Below are positions 1 to 9,481 of a stretch of DNA of 64,000 nucleotides, one piece after another. This DNA is from Oligoflexia bacterium (GTDB lineage: Bacteria; Bdellovibrionota; UBA1018). Each line of letters opens with the position of its first letter. Positions within the stretch are counted from its first letter, which is position 1. Under the pieces are notes generated by a model, which was given only the letters and a program-made list of their open reading frames with translations, was not told the origin of the DNA and did no database searches. Both the position numbers and the translations under genes were made by a program. Location: positions 64,352-128,351 of the forward strand of contig JACMNQ010000075.1 in assembly GCA_014378465.1 (NCBI GenBank). Reading direction: 5' to 3'.

Positions 1-690
1 GAACAGCCAGCAGCTCCAATCGCTGACGCTCCTCCAGCACCGCCGGCAGCAGATCCAGCAGCTTTGCCTCTTGCGGACCCTGCGACCAGCACTCCTCCTA
101 TGAGTCTGGCTGAAGCGACCCCGCCTCCTCCTGCTGCGCAACCGGATCCGATCGCCGCTCCTGCTGCGCCAGAGCCAGTCGCTCAGGCTCCGGTACCGGC
201 TGAACACTCGGCTCCCGCTCCTTCTTCAGGAACCGGCGAACATCAGGAGTACACCGTTCAGAAGGGTGACACTCTGATGAAGATTGCCTTTGAAGTGTAT
301 GGCGACATCTATCAGTGGAAGAAAATTCTCGAAGACAACAGCGACAAGATCTCCAGTGCCAATGCCATTCCCAAGGGAACTGTATTGAAAGTGGACAAGA
401 GCGTCGCCGGTATCGATCGCAATGGCGAGAAGTACCTCATCAAGAACGGTGACACCCTCGGAACTATCTCAGATGACGTTTACGGCACCAAAGCCAAGTG
501 GAAGAAACTCTGGGAAAACAACAAGCAGCTGATCAAGGATCCAAATCGGATCTTTGCCGGTTTCTATCTCTACTACACGATGAGCGCGGAAGATCAGCAG
601 GAACTCGATCAGAAGAAGGGTGCCACTCAGGCCGCTCCCCTGGCCGAAGATTCTGCAGCCGCTCCACGCACTCCAGCCAACGCGAAATAG
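1..690 (+). CDS. LysM peptidoglycan-binding protein with two LysM domains and a Pro/Ala-rich linker; 5' end lies outside the window
   Basis: Frame is open from base 1. Two LysM repeats: YTVQKGDTLMKIA...W..I and YLIKNGDTLGTIS..VYG...W..LW..N...I.DPN.I..G. Confidence 0.85.
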   Translation, partial: EQPAAPIADAPPAPPAADPAALPLADPATSTPPMSLAEATPPPPAAQPDPIAAPAAPEPVAQAPVPAEHSAPAPSSGTGEHQEYTVQKGDTLMKIAFEVYGDIYQWKKILEDNSDKISSANAIPKGTVLKVDKSVAGIDRNGEKYLIKNGDTLGTISDDVYGTKAKWKKLWENNKQLIKDPNRIFAGFYLYYTMSAEDQQELDQKKGATQAAPLAEDSAAAPRTPANAK

Positions 691-718
691 ATTCGCGCTA
701 CGGTGCAGTCATAACTCC

Positions 719-757
719 AGACGGCGATCTGCTTCAGCAGGTCGCCGTTTCTTTTTT
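719..757 (+). terminator. Rho-independent terminator
   Basis: Stem GACGGCGATCTGC-ttca-GCAGGTCGCCGTT followed by TCTTTTTT, just after the LysM gene. Confidence 0.8.
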
Positions 758-863
758 CCTATCGACTACCGGACGTCAGTCAAAAAAGTGACAAGGCTTC
801 ATTCCTGCAAACGACGATTTTTCGTTGAGTGATCCGACGAACGGAAGTTAAACTCAATGGACG

Positions 864-1691
864 ATGAGTACTCGAACTTCGACCATCACCTTCTATTCAT
901 TCATGATCGCAGTCACCGGCGCGGCTTTCATGGCGGGTGGCTGTTCGACCATTGCTTCTCCGAAAGTGATCACGGTCGAAGAACGAATCAAGCTTGATGA
1001 TTCACTTGGAATTCGACTCGCCGAGTCCTTCGAGTCCCAGGTCCGGACCCGGAAGATTCCGAAAAATCTCATTCCTTATTTTCATGATCTCGCCGCACTG
1101 GTGGCAAGTTCAAAGCCCGAACTGAAAGCCTCGAGCTTCAGAGTCTTCATCATTCGCGACCGCCAGAACATCTGGCAGAACTTTGCCCTGCCTGGAAACC
1201 GGATCTACCTTTCGGAAGGATTTCTCAAGAACGCGCACTTCGAGAATGAAATCATCGCCTCAATTGCGCTGGAATTCGGACACCTGCTGCATCGGCATCT
1301 GATTCGGGAAGTCGAACTTTCAGAGCAGGACCGCAGGCGCGGTGAAGCTTCGGCGGACCCCGCTGAAATCGCCGCAGCAGCCGATGTCAGCGGGAATTCA
1401 GTCAATTTTTTTGGCAAGACGGGCCTCTTCAATTTCTCTGAAAAGGACCAACTGGAAGCCACCGAGACGGCGGTCGGCCTGATGTACCAGGCGGGTTATG
1501 ATCCGCGCGGGCTGTTGTCCGTGTGGCAGAAACTGCAGAAGAATCGAAAAAATTCTCCCTATGAAAGCAAATCGATCGTAAAATTCGTGGAGAAGACCCA
1601 TCAGGCGATCGCGGCTTTTTCACCTCTCAGAAATCCCGTCATCAGTTCGGAAGAGTTTTTGAAGAACAAGAATAGGATAGAACGACTGTGA
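864..1691 (+). CDS. M48 (BepA/YfgC-like) metalloprotease homolog, lipoprotein, degenerate active site
   Basis: Lipobox AGGC; NFALPGNRIYLSEG resembles NAFALPGG.I.V..G; AGYDPRG motif. The HEXXH position reads LEFGH. Confidence 0.7.
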   Translation: MSTRTSTITFYSFMIAVTGAAFMAGGCSTIASPKVITVEERIKLDDSLGIRLAESFESQVRTRKIPKNLIPYFHDLAALVASSKPELKASSFRVFIIRDRQNIWQNFALPGNRIYLSEGFLKNAHFENEIIASIALEFGHLLHRHLIREVELSEQDRRRGEASADPAEIAAAADVSGNSVNFFGKTGLFNFSEKDQLEATETAVGLMYQAGYDPRGLLSVWQKLQKNRKNSPYESKSIVKFVEKTHQAIAAFSPLRNPVISSEEFLKNKNRIERL

Positions 1692-2764
1692 GCAATGGCA
1701 AAAACCTGGGAGCGGAGGTTCGCGAGATGATTGATCAGATGATGGTAGGCGATGAAGAAGCTGCGAGCTGGGTGAAAAAATCACGAGTCATTGATTCATT
1801 GGTGAAAATTCCTGGTGATGCAAGCACCCGTCGTTATTATCGTCTCACTTCCGTTGGCAGAAGCTACATCCTGATGCGAATGGATCCTTTCATGAAGGAC
1901 GGCTTTGATCTCGACTTTCTGGTCGTCCAGAAGCACCTGACCCTGGCCAGCGTTGAAGTTCCAGCCGTGCTTGACGTCGATCCGGAGCGTGGCTTCATTC
2001 TTCTGGAGGATCTCGGCGACGTCACGCTTCTGCGCCGACTTCAGAATGTCTCCAATCCGGATGTCGAAAGACACCTTTATGAAAGAGTGATTGATCAGCT
2101 GGTCAATTTGCAGTTTCATGCCTCTCCCAGACAGGGTTCAAAACCGATTGACGCCTTCAAGCTTCGTTTCGATCACGAGAAGCTCATGTGGGAGATGAAC
2201 CACACGATCGAACATTTCTACAAGCAGTACCTGGGTCGCGAAATCAAACCTCACGACCTCAAGGTCATGGAGGAGGGGTTGAGCGAAATCTGTCATATAC
2301 TGGCCAATCAGCCTGTCGTCTTCACGCATCGCGACTTTCACAGCCGCAACGTCATGGTGATGCCACCGGAAGAGGGTACGAACAACGATCGACTCGTCAT
2401 GATCGATTTCCAGGATGCGAGAATGGGTCCGGCCCAGTACGATCTCGCGTCGCTTCTCAAGGACAGCTACTATCAGCTCGACGAAGGGCAGATCAAAAGC
2501 CTCGTGAACTATTACATCGCGCGCTGGGAGGGGGTCTCACAGCAGACTCTGGACCACACGGAGTTCTTCAGGGTCTTTGACCTCATGTCCGTCCAGAGAA
2601 ACTTCAAGGCCATCGGCAGCTTCGCGTCCTTCATGAATCGTCGCGGGAATCCGAGTTACCTGAAATACATCGGAAACACCTTCGAGAACATTCGCAGAAC
2701 ACTGCTGAAGTATCCGGAGTACTCCGAGCTTCGTGAAGTTCTCTTTCATTATTACTACTTCTGA
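1688..2764 (+). CDS. amgK: Anomeric MurNAc/GlcNAc kinase (APH phosphotransferase family)
   Basis: Motifs GDASTRRYYR, LLEDLGD, HRDFHSRN, IDFQDA.MGP..YDLASLL.D, QRNFKAIG.F; adjacent to murU. Confidence 0.85.
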   Translation: MSNGKNLGAEVREMIDQMMVGDEEAASWVKKSRVIDSLVKIPGDASTRRYYRLTSVGRSYILMRMDPFMKDGFDLDFLVVQKHLTLASVEVPAVLDVDPERGFILLEDLGDVTLLRRLQNVSNPDVERHLYERVIDQLVNLQFHASPRQGSKPIDAFKLRFDHEKLMWEMNHTIEHFYKQYLGREIKPHDLKVMEEGLSEICHILANQPVVFTHRDFHSRNVMVMPPEEGTNNDRLVMIDFQDARMGPAQYDLASLLKDSYYQLDEGQIKSLVNYYIARWEGVSQQTLDHTEFFRVFDLMSVQRNFKAIGSFASFMNRRGNPSYLKYIGNTFENIRRTLLKYPEYSELREVLFHYYYF

Positions 2765-2771
2765 GGATTCC

Positions 2772-3773
2772 ATGAGCCCCACGAAAGTCACGCAGGCGAT
2801 GGTGATGGCTGCCGGTCTGGGAACGCGACTTCGTCCTTTCACGGATCTGGTTGCCAAGCCGATGCTGCCGCTGATGGGAATTCCGATGGCGCAATTCGCC
2901 TTTGATCTGCTCACTCATCATGGGGTGAAGAAGATCGTGGCCAACGTGAGTCATCTTGCCGCGGAAACCTGTGAAGGCCTGAGGGCTCTGGACCTCGGGA
3001 ACACGACGCTTGAAATCAGTGACGAAAGTCAGTGTCTCCTTGGAAGCGGCGGGGGCATCAAAAAGGCCGCTGCACACTTCGGGCGTGAGCCTTTTTTTCT
3101 CCTCAATTCAGACGTGCTCTGCGATGTCGATCTCGCGGAGCTCGAGCGCCATCATGCCCGGCTTCGCAAGGAGCATGGAGTGCTGCTGACTCTCGCGATT
3201 CTCGTGACAGGTCAAATAGGAAGCAAATACCGAGAAATTCTTGTAGATCCTGCCACTCGGCTCATCACTGGGCTGGGTGAGCAGGCCGAGCAGCGACCTT
3301 ACTTCGTCGGCGTCGCGATCGTGGAACCCGAAGCGCTTCGGAATGTGCCCGCAGGTGTGGCTGAGTTTGTTCCTTCGATTCTTCTGCCCGCCCTCAAAGC
3401 CGGAAAGGCGGGCGCCTTTCTGATGCAGGAGTGCAAGTGGTTTGATGTGGGCTCACCGGACCTCTGGCAAGCCACTCACTTTTCACTGATCGACCTGCTC
3501 GAAAAGGGAACAATCCCTGAACTCTGGAAAAAACGGCTTCTGGAGGCCAATGAGAAGAGGGCCGATGGGGGCTGGTCCTCAAAAGAAACGCAGCATTCGA
3601 AAAGCTCCCACTGGAAATCCCCCTATTACATTTCCGTACCTGATGGAGCGGTGGAGTTTTGTGGGCCCCGCGCCGTCTTCTACGCGACGACTCCCCAGAC
3701 TCCCGCAGAGCAGCTTGTTCACGAAATTGAAAATGGCATCGGTTTTGGAGGGCTCTGGGCCCCGCTGAAATAA
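2772..3773 (+). CDS. murU: MurNAc-alpha-1-phosphate uridylyltransferase-like NTP transferase
   Basis: Motifs AMVMAAGLGTRLRPFT...AKP, LGSGGGIKKA, LLNSD, WFDVGSP. ATG at 2772 follows a GAGG Shine-Dalgarno; gene lies downstream of amgK. Confidence 0.75.
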   Translation: MSPTKVTQAMVMAAGLGTRLRPFTDLVAKPMLPLMGIPMAQFAFDLLTHHGVKKIVANVSHLAAETCEGLRALDLGNTTLEISDESQCLLGSGGGIKKAAAHFGREPFFLLNSDVLCDVDLAELERHHARLRKEHGVLLTLAILVTGQIGSKYREILVDPATRLITGLGEQAEQRPYFVGVAIVEPEALRNVPAGVAEFVPSILLPALKAGKAGAFLMQECKWFDVGSPDLWQATHFSLIDLLEKGTIPELWKKRLLEANEKRADGGWSSKETQHSKSSHWKSPYYISVPDGAVEFCGPRAVFYATTPQTPAEQLVHEIENGIGFGGLWAPLK

Positions 3774-3798
3774 TTCGCTCCGGGCCTCGCTCCGATGA

Positions 3799-4956
3799 TC
3801 AAGTGATCGCTTTGAGCACGTGATCCCAGTTCTCACCGGGAATGATGTGACCCGGAGGTCCGAAGCCCTGAGCGCCCGTCCAGCTGCCGCCGAGTGGCTG
3901 ACCCCGAAGGGACAGATACCCGTAAAGCGCGAACGCCTGGGCTTCGATGAACTGGGGCTCGAGCCCCGCGTCTTCCAGTGTTGAGAATTTGACCTGAGGG
4001 AGTCGGTCATTGAGCCAGAGAAGAAGCATCGGGTTTCGTGCTCCACCCCCGCAGATGTAGACATTTTTGAGTGGAAGGCGCTTCTTCAGGACAAACGCTT
4101 CGTAAGCCCGTGCGATGGATTCAACCGTGAGTGCCGTGGCGGTCGCGACCAGGTCAGCACCCTTGGCTTTGGTATGGGCGAGAAACCATTCGACCGTGAA
4201 GTCATCGCGACCCGTGGATTTCGGAGGCTGCTTTTTGAAGTAGGGGTGTTTGAGAAGGGCAAGAAGTGACTTCTCGTCGACTGAACCCTGGGCTGCAAGC
4301 AGTCCATCAATATCCATGTGGAGCTTGCCCTTGGACGCGATCTCCGCTGCCGCATCCATCCAGAGGTTTCCGGGACCGGTGTCAAAGGCGAGCACGAGAT
4401 TTTTAGGACCGATGTAAGTCGTGTTGCTGATCCCACCGATGTTGTGAATGGCGACGCCACCCTTTTCAGCACCCAGGATCGGGGCCAGAAACTGATGAAA
4501 GAGGGGAACCAGCGGAGCTCCCTGTCCACCGGCAGCCATGTCTCCATTTCTGAAATTGGAAACGACGGTGAGTCCCGTCTGATAGGCGATCTGCGTGGGG
4601 TCGCCGAGCTGAAGCGTCGTGCCCTTGCCCTGGGAATCCGGAAAGTGACCCACGGTCTGACCATGATTGGCGATCACGTCGGGGCGGCTCTTGGCTTCAG
4701 CGGATTTGTTCATGGCTGCAAGCACGTTGCCATACCACTCTCCAAGATCACGGTTCAGCTGCAGCATTTCCTTAAGCGTCACTTTGGTGCCGGGCTTCTG
4801 AAGCTTGAGAACTTCCTGTCGGAGTTTCTTCGGATATTCGTAGGTGCGCTCCCAGAGGGGCTGCCAGCCTTCGGAATCGAAACGCACGCAAGCGGCGTCC
4901 AGGCCGTCGCACGAGGTTCCAGTCATCACGCCCAAAATTTTCAGAGTCTTCATCAT
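3799..4956 (-). CDS. anmK: Anhydro-N-acetylmuramic acid kinase
   Basis: Motifs GVMTGTSCDGLD, HGQTV.H, D.AAGGQGAPLVP, NIGGISN, FDTGPGN, PPKSTGRD, CGGGARN. Confidence 0.95.
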   Translation of the reverse strand: MMKTLKILGVMTGTSCDGLDAACVRFDSEGWQPLWERTYEYPKKLRQEVLKLQKPGTKVTLKEMLQLNRDLGEWYGNVLAAMNKSAEAKSRPDVIANHGQTVGHFPDSQGKGTTLQLGDPTQIAYQTGLTVVSNFRNGDMAAGGQGAPLVPLFHQFLAPILGAEKGGVAIHNIGGISNTTYIGPKNLVLAFDTGPGNLWMDAAAEIASKGKLHMDIDGLLAAQGSVDEKSLLALLKHPYFKKQPPKSTGRDDFTVEWFLAHTKAKGADLVATATALTVESIARAYEAFVLKKRLPLKNVYICGGGARNPMLLLWLNDRLPQVKFSTLEDAGLEPQFIEAQAFALYGYLSLRGQPLGGSWTGAQGFGPPGHIIPGENWDHVLKAIT

Positions 4957-5019
4957 TTAAGAGTACGAGGGAGAGGGGTTGATTGACAAGCTCTTGATCA
5001 ACGTGAGATTTTATTAACC

Positions 5020-5742
5020 ATGAAGGTGATTTCAGCATCCGTACGATTGCGAGTGGCGACTGCCATGATGGCGCTCTGGGTCCCGGTTGCCGCCGTGGAA
5101 ACCATCATCGTCACGCGAGCACAGTGGTGGAATCTGCCGAAAACAACGATTGAGATCTGGAGTGGTTCAGTGGCGCTCATCAGCCTGCCGCTCGCTCTCT
5201 GGATGCTGGCCGGAAAACGGTGGGCGCTTCACCTGACCGCACTCTTCGGCATTCTCTGGACGGTCCTGAGTCTCTGGGTCGCGTTCAGAACTGAAAATCC
5301 GGGCCTGGGATTTTTCACATTGCTGTTGATGGTGCTCTGGCTCGCTCTTTTCACGGGACTGAAGCATGAGATGAGTCGCTCATTCTTTGATCCCCATCTG
5401 AAGTGGTTTCAAGGATTGCCCGAAGCCATTCCAGGAGTTGCATGCATCCTGAACGCTGAAAGTGAGTCCACTTCGCCGGCACTTCGAGCCAGTCGTCTGG
5501 ATGTTGATGGAGCGTTCGTGTTCAATCCGGGTGAGGAACCCATTTCACCGGATCAGATCCGGAAAATTTCCGAGATGATTTTCAGATTCAAGGACCGTGA
5601 AGTGCGATGCCATGCTAAAATGATGAGTGTGCTCAAAGATAACAGGGGCTTCGGCTTTCAGTTCATCCATGTGGCGCCGGACGCGCGCAAGGAACTGGGC
5701 GACTTCATAGAAACGATGCGAGGAGAGGGATATGTTGAATAA
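5020..5742 (+). CDS. Membrane protein (about 4 TM helices) with C-terminal degenerate PilZ-like domain
   Basis: Hydrophobic N-terminal half. C-terminal LDVDGAF...GFGFQF......RKELGDFI resembles a PilZ barrel. Confidence 0.55.
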   Translation: MKVISASVRLRVATAMMALWVPVAAVETIIVTRAQWWNLPKTTIEIWSGSVALISLPLALWMLAGKRWALHLTALFGILWTVLSLWVAFRTENPGLGFFTLLLMVLWLALFTGLKHEMSRSFFDPHLKWFQGLPEAIPGVACILNAESESTSPALRASRLDVDGAFVFNPGEEPISPDQIRKISEMIFRFKDREVRCHAKMMSVLKDNRGFGFQFIHVAPDARKELGDFIETMRGEGYVE

Positions 5743-6238
5743 GCAAATGAGCCATCTGAGGTTTTTTCTCGCAGGAATGGTTTCTAGCATCACCGTCGGA
5801 ATTCTGGCGCTCGTCATCTTTTCCGGCTGTGATCGCGCCCCTTCAACTGGCGGGGACCCCCAGAAGCGCCTGACTGAATACATCTCCACCAGTTTTTCGA
5901 TCAAGGAATACAAGGACAAGGAACAGCTTCTGCAGTTTCTTTCCGGTGATGCGAAGACTCGCCTCACGGCCTGGAGCGAAGAGCAGTTTCGCCAGGCATT
6001 TCTGGACTCCAAGCGCAAATTCATCAAGCTCGTGATTCGTGAGACGAAGAGACCTTCGGCCACTGAGACCAACATCACCTACGAACTTGTCTACACGGAC
6101 GAAAGCAAAGGCAGCAATGCCAAGGTGACCAACAAGAAGATGTCTCAGTTCGTCCTCGAAAATGGCAAGTGGTACATCAAGGAAGTCAGCAATATCAAGG
6201 AACTCGTCGAATACCAGAACGAGATGTCCTTGCCCTGA
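5732..6238 (+). CDS. Hypothetical lipoprotein (possibly NTF2-like fold)
   Basis: Lipobox IFSGC; C-terminal ENGKWYI; overlaps the upstream gene. Confidence 0.6.
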   Translation: MLNKQMSHLRFFLAGMVSSITVGILALVIFSGCDRAPSTGGDPQKRLTEYISTSFSIKEYKDKEQLLQFLSGDAKTRLTAWSEEQFRQAFLDSKRKFIKLVIRETKRPSATETNITYELVYTDESKGSNAKVTNKKMSQFVLENGKWYIKEVSNIKELVEYQNEMSLP

Positions 6239-6239
6239 C

Positions 6240-6677
6240 TCAGGGTGATTTGAAGAGGGCCGCTCCCGATGAGGGTTCCGTCTGGGCTGTACCCAATCTG
6301 AGCGTGATCAATTCCCAGACCTTGGCATCCTGAGTGCCAAGAACGTAATTCATATTCCCGTTGGGCGCCCTGAGAAGGGACTGATAAACCGTGACTCCAC
6401 CGGCAACAAGAACGATGTCAGTCCGCTGCTTGCCGGGTGAGTTGAGGTCCTGCAGGCGAAGCACTCTCTGGTGATCGGGATTCGTGTTGTAGATGAGAGC
6501 GGTGCCGGTCACCGTGTTGCCGTTCCTGCCGGAAAATTCGGCCTGCGCCTCAATCACCCCACTGGGCACGGAATCATTCAGGCGGCCACTTCCCTGACCA
6601 CAGCCTGCTGCTGAAAACGCCACGCCTGAAAAAGCCGTCATGATCAGCAGTCTGTGAAAAGGGTTCGAGCTGGACAT
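6240..6677 (-). CDS. Hypothetical lipoprotein, DM13-like domain
   Basis: Lipobox AAGC; FSGRNGNTVTGTA...LRLQD...GNMNY resembles DM13. Start codon uncertain. Confidence 0.5.
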   Translation of the reverse strand: MSSSNPFHRLLIMTAFSGVAFSAAGCGQGSGRLNDSVPSGVIEAQAEFSGRNGNTVTGTALIYNTNPDHQRVLRLQDLNSPGKQRTDIVLVAGGVTVYQSLLRAPNGNMNYVLGTQDAKVWELITLRLGTAQTEPSSGAALFKSP

Positions 6678-6753
6678 CGATTCATTTTCGCATGGCTTCG
6701 AGCGGGATACAAGAAGGGTAGCCAAACCCCTCTCAAAGCGTTAAAATCTGAAT

Positions 6754-7482
6754 GTGACGTTGCTTCGCTTCCTCTCAGTTTTCTTCGCGACCGGATTTCT
6801 ACTGGCCGGTCTTTCCGGATTGGCTCTGGGTGCGGTCGGACTTTGGATCGGACTGGGTTTGACCGTCGTGATTTTTCTTGTGGCACTCCTTGCGTCGCCG
6901 CAGATTCTTGACCGGATCCAGCCTGGAGTGCCGACCCGGATCAAACTTGCTCCCGATCAGCCTCAGACTCTTCATGTACTTCCTGACCCCTCGGCCAACA
7001 TTCTGGTGATGCGCTCCCTACTTCCGGGTTCTGCAAGAATCTATGTCAGTCAGGGCGCTCTGGCTCTGATGTCTCAGTCAGAGCTCGTTGCAGTGGTCAG
7101 GGAGGCAGAAGGTCGGTGCCGAAACCTGAAGTTGATTTCTCAAAGTGCGTGCGCTGCACTCGCTTCTCCGCTTTGCAGACTTGCTCCTTCCAGGTGGGTG
7201 AGGACTGCTCTTCACGGACAGTTCTTCGAAGCACTCTCCGGCGGCGAAAAGCTCACCTTTGGAACCGTGAGCTTTCTCACGGTACTGCCCTGGATCCGGT
7301 TCCTGCTCTGGGCAGGCGGACCCGAGGATCGTGCTCAGGTTGACGCGGCCAAGTCGGACTTGAATAATGCTTTGCGAAAGATTGAGAACGAAAATTTGAG
7401 ATGGCCCTATTCCGGAAACGTCGCTGCAACTCAACTTCACCAGGTCCATCCGTGGAAAAAACAGGGACTTCTGGCATTTTAG
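6754..7482 (+). CDS. HtpX-like membrane protein lacking HEXXH
   Basis: Two N-terminal TM helices; P.AN, IYVSQGALALMSQSELVAVV, L.NALRKIE and HP features as in HtpX; no HEXXH. Confidence 0.55.
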   Translation: MTLLRFLSVFFATGFLLAGLSGLALGAVGLWIGLGLTVVIFLVALLASPQILDRIQPGVPTRIKLAPDQPQTLHVLPDPSANILVMRSLLPGSARIYVSQGALALMSQSELVAVVREAEGRCRNLKLISQSACAALASPLCRLAPSRWVRTALHGQFFEALSGGEKLTFGTVSFLTVLPWIRFLLWAGGPEDRAQVDAAKSDLNNALRKIENENLRWPYSGNVAATQLHQVHPWKKQGLLAF

Positions 7483-7530
7483 AGCGTGCGCGCCCTTGTT
7501 TCTCCCTGGAGTCCGCGGTAATTCCAAGGG

Positions 7531-7809
7531 ATGAACACTCGACCGGAAATTGGAAAAATTGATTTAACGACTTTCATTCTTTCAGTTTCTTCGGCAGCCT
7601 TCATGGGCTTGGGCGTCACAGAGCCCCAGTCCGGGCACACTCCCGAAGTGAATCTGGAACTCGCCAGACAGAACATTGATCTCCTGGAACTGCTCTGGGA
7701 AAAGACCAAAGGCAATCGCACCGCGGAAGAAGATCGGCTGCTCGAACAACTCCTCTTCGAAACGCGCATGCGCTTCATTGAAACCCAGAAAAAAGTTGGC
7801 CAGAGCTGA
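7531..7809 (+). CDS. DUF1844 domain protein
   Basis: Motif FILS.SS.A.M.LG...NLELARQNIDLL.LL..KTKGN.T.EE..LL...L...RM.F. Confidence 0.85.
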   Translation: MNTRPEIGKIDLTTFILSVSSAAFMGLGVTEPQSGHTPEVNLELARQNIDLLELLWEKTKGNRTAEEDRLLEQLLFETRMRFIETQKKVGQS

Positions 7810-7835
7810 TCTGGCTCCAGGAGCTCGGAAAATTT

Positions 7836-9404
7836 ATGAACCCCCTTCGCCCCCGTTCCAAAGTACGTATCTGGATTTCAGCGTTGGCAGTCGCTACCGT
7901 CGCCAGTTCTATCACGGTCGCCGTCCAGTCCTCAAAATCCGTTCAGGCAGCGACGAGCCCTTCAGGCGCGGTTGACGCGAATATTTTCGTCAATCTTGCC
8001 AAGAAAATCGTGCCTTCAGTGGTGAACATCTCCACTCTCTCAAAAGTGCAGAGTCCTTATGGTCGGGGTGGACAGGATGATCCTTTCAGAAAATTCTTTG
8101 AAGATTTTCTCAGACAGCATGGGGGTGGAAATGGCGGCGGCAATCGCGGACGCCCTTTCGAAGCTGAACCGGATGATGAAGACCAGGGCAGTTCACAGCC
8201 TGGCGATCCGAACGCTTCAGGTCCTCTGGCCATGTCGCTCGGGACCGGTTTCATCATCGATGCCAGTGGGCTGATTCTCACCAACAATCATGTGGTGGCG
8301 GGTGCCGACGAGATCAAGATCCATTTCACCGAAGCGACGGACGAAAAACCGACCGATGGTGAAGTGGTCGGTCGTGATCCCGAACTTGATCTTGCACTCA
8401 TCAAGGTCAAGAGCAAACGCACGCTCGTCCCTGTGGCACTGGGAGATTCAGGTGCGCTCGAAGTCGGGGAATACGTCATTGCCGTGGGGAACCCCTTTGG
8501 ACAAGGGCATTCCGTCACTCACGGAATCATCTCGGCGAAGGAAAGAATGGCTCCTGATTTTCAACTCGCCAATTACCTTCAGACGGACGCGCCCATCAAT
8601 CCGGGCAATTCCGGTGGGCCGCTTGTCAATCTCAAGGGCGAAGTCATCGGCATCAACAACGCGATCGATCAGAGAGCACAGGGAATCGGTTTCGCGATTC
8701 CGATCAACCTCGTCAAGGAAGTCCTGCCTCAGCTCAGGAGCAAAGGGACCGTCGCTCGTGGTTACATCGGAGTTCTGGTCAATGAACTTTCACCCGATGT
8801 GGCCCAGAAGCTCGGCTTTGCCAAAGATCTCAAAGCCCCCTTCGTCACTCACGTTTACCCGGGGGAACCCGCTGAAAAAGCCGGCCTCAAGCCGTACGAT
8901 GTGATCCTTGAATTCAACAGGAAGAAGATCACATCATCTGCTGAGCTGGTCTCGGCGGTGACGTCAGTGCCTGTCAATGAAGCTGCTCCCATGAAAATTT
9001 CACGTGCGGGCAAAGAGATGGAATTGTCCATTAAAGTGGCTCTGCGACCGGGTGCCCAGCCCACGGGCAAGCCTGAGTCCAAAAAAGACAGCAAGGAAAA
9101 GAGACAGGCCCGCGTGAAGACCGGCATGGAGCTCGAGAATCTCACTCCGGAGATGGCTCGAGAACTCGGGATGGCTGACAAGATCTCAGGCATCATCGTC
9201 ATGGATCTGGCTTATGGCGGCCCTGCCGACAAAGCCGGCATCATGCGTGGAGACGTGATCCTTGAAGTGGACCGCAAGGCGGTCAAGGATGTCGACGCAT
9301 TTTACTCAGTCGTGAAGGAAAAGAAGACCTATCTTCTCCGGGTGCGTCGAGCTGATCCGATGGGCCGTGAAATGTTCTCAGTCGTCGTCCTTGACCTCAA
9401 GTGA
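7836..9404 (+). CDS. degP: DegP/HtrA serine endoprotease with two PDZ domains
   Basis: Motifs SLGTGFII, TNNHVV, DLAL.K, QTDAPINPGNSGGPL; two PDZ domains (PAEKAGL, PADKAGI); signal peptide. Confidence 0.92.
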   Translation: MNPLRPRSKVRIWISALAVATVASSITVAVQSSKSVQAATSPSGAVDANIFVNLAKKIVPSVVNISTLSKVQSPYGRGGQDDPFRKFFEDFLRQHGGGNGGGNRGRPFEAEPDDEDQGSSQPGDPNASGPLAMSLGTGFIIDASGLILTNNHVVAGADEIKIHFTEATDEKPTDGEVVGRDPELDLALIKVKSKRTLVPVALGDSGALEVGEYVIAVGNPFGQGHSVTHGIISAKERMAPDFQLANYLQTDAPINPGNSGGPLVNLKGEVIGINNAIDQRAQGIGFAIPINLVKEVLPQLRSKGTVARGYIGVLVNELSPDVAQKLGFAKDLKAPFVTHVYPGEPAEKAGLKPYDVILEFNRKKITSSAELVSAVTSVPVNEAAPMKISRAGKEMELSIKVALRPGAQPTGKPESKKDSKEKRQARVKTGMELENLTPEMARELGMADKISGIIVMDLAYGGPADKAGIMRGDVILEVDRKAVKDVDAFYSVVKEKKTYLLRVRRADPMGREMFSVVVLDLK

Positions 9405-9429
9405 GCTGAAAATAGACTGACACGAGGGC

Positions 9430-9457
9430 CTTGACGGCCTCCGTTTTGCTCCCATCT
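9430..9457 (+). promoter_or_regulatory. Sigma-32 (RpoH)-like heat-shock promoter for clpB
   Basis: CTTGAC-N14-TCCCATCT resembles the consensus CTTGAA-N13-17-CCCCATnT, directly upstream of clpB. Confidence 0.55.
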
Positions 9458-9481
9458 TCTTAAGCACAGGAGCATCAGTTT

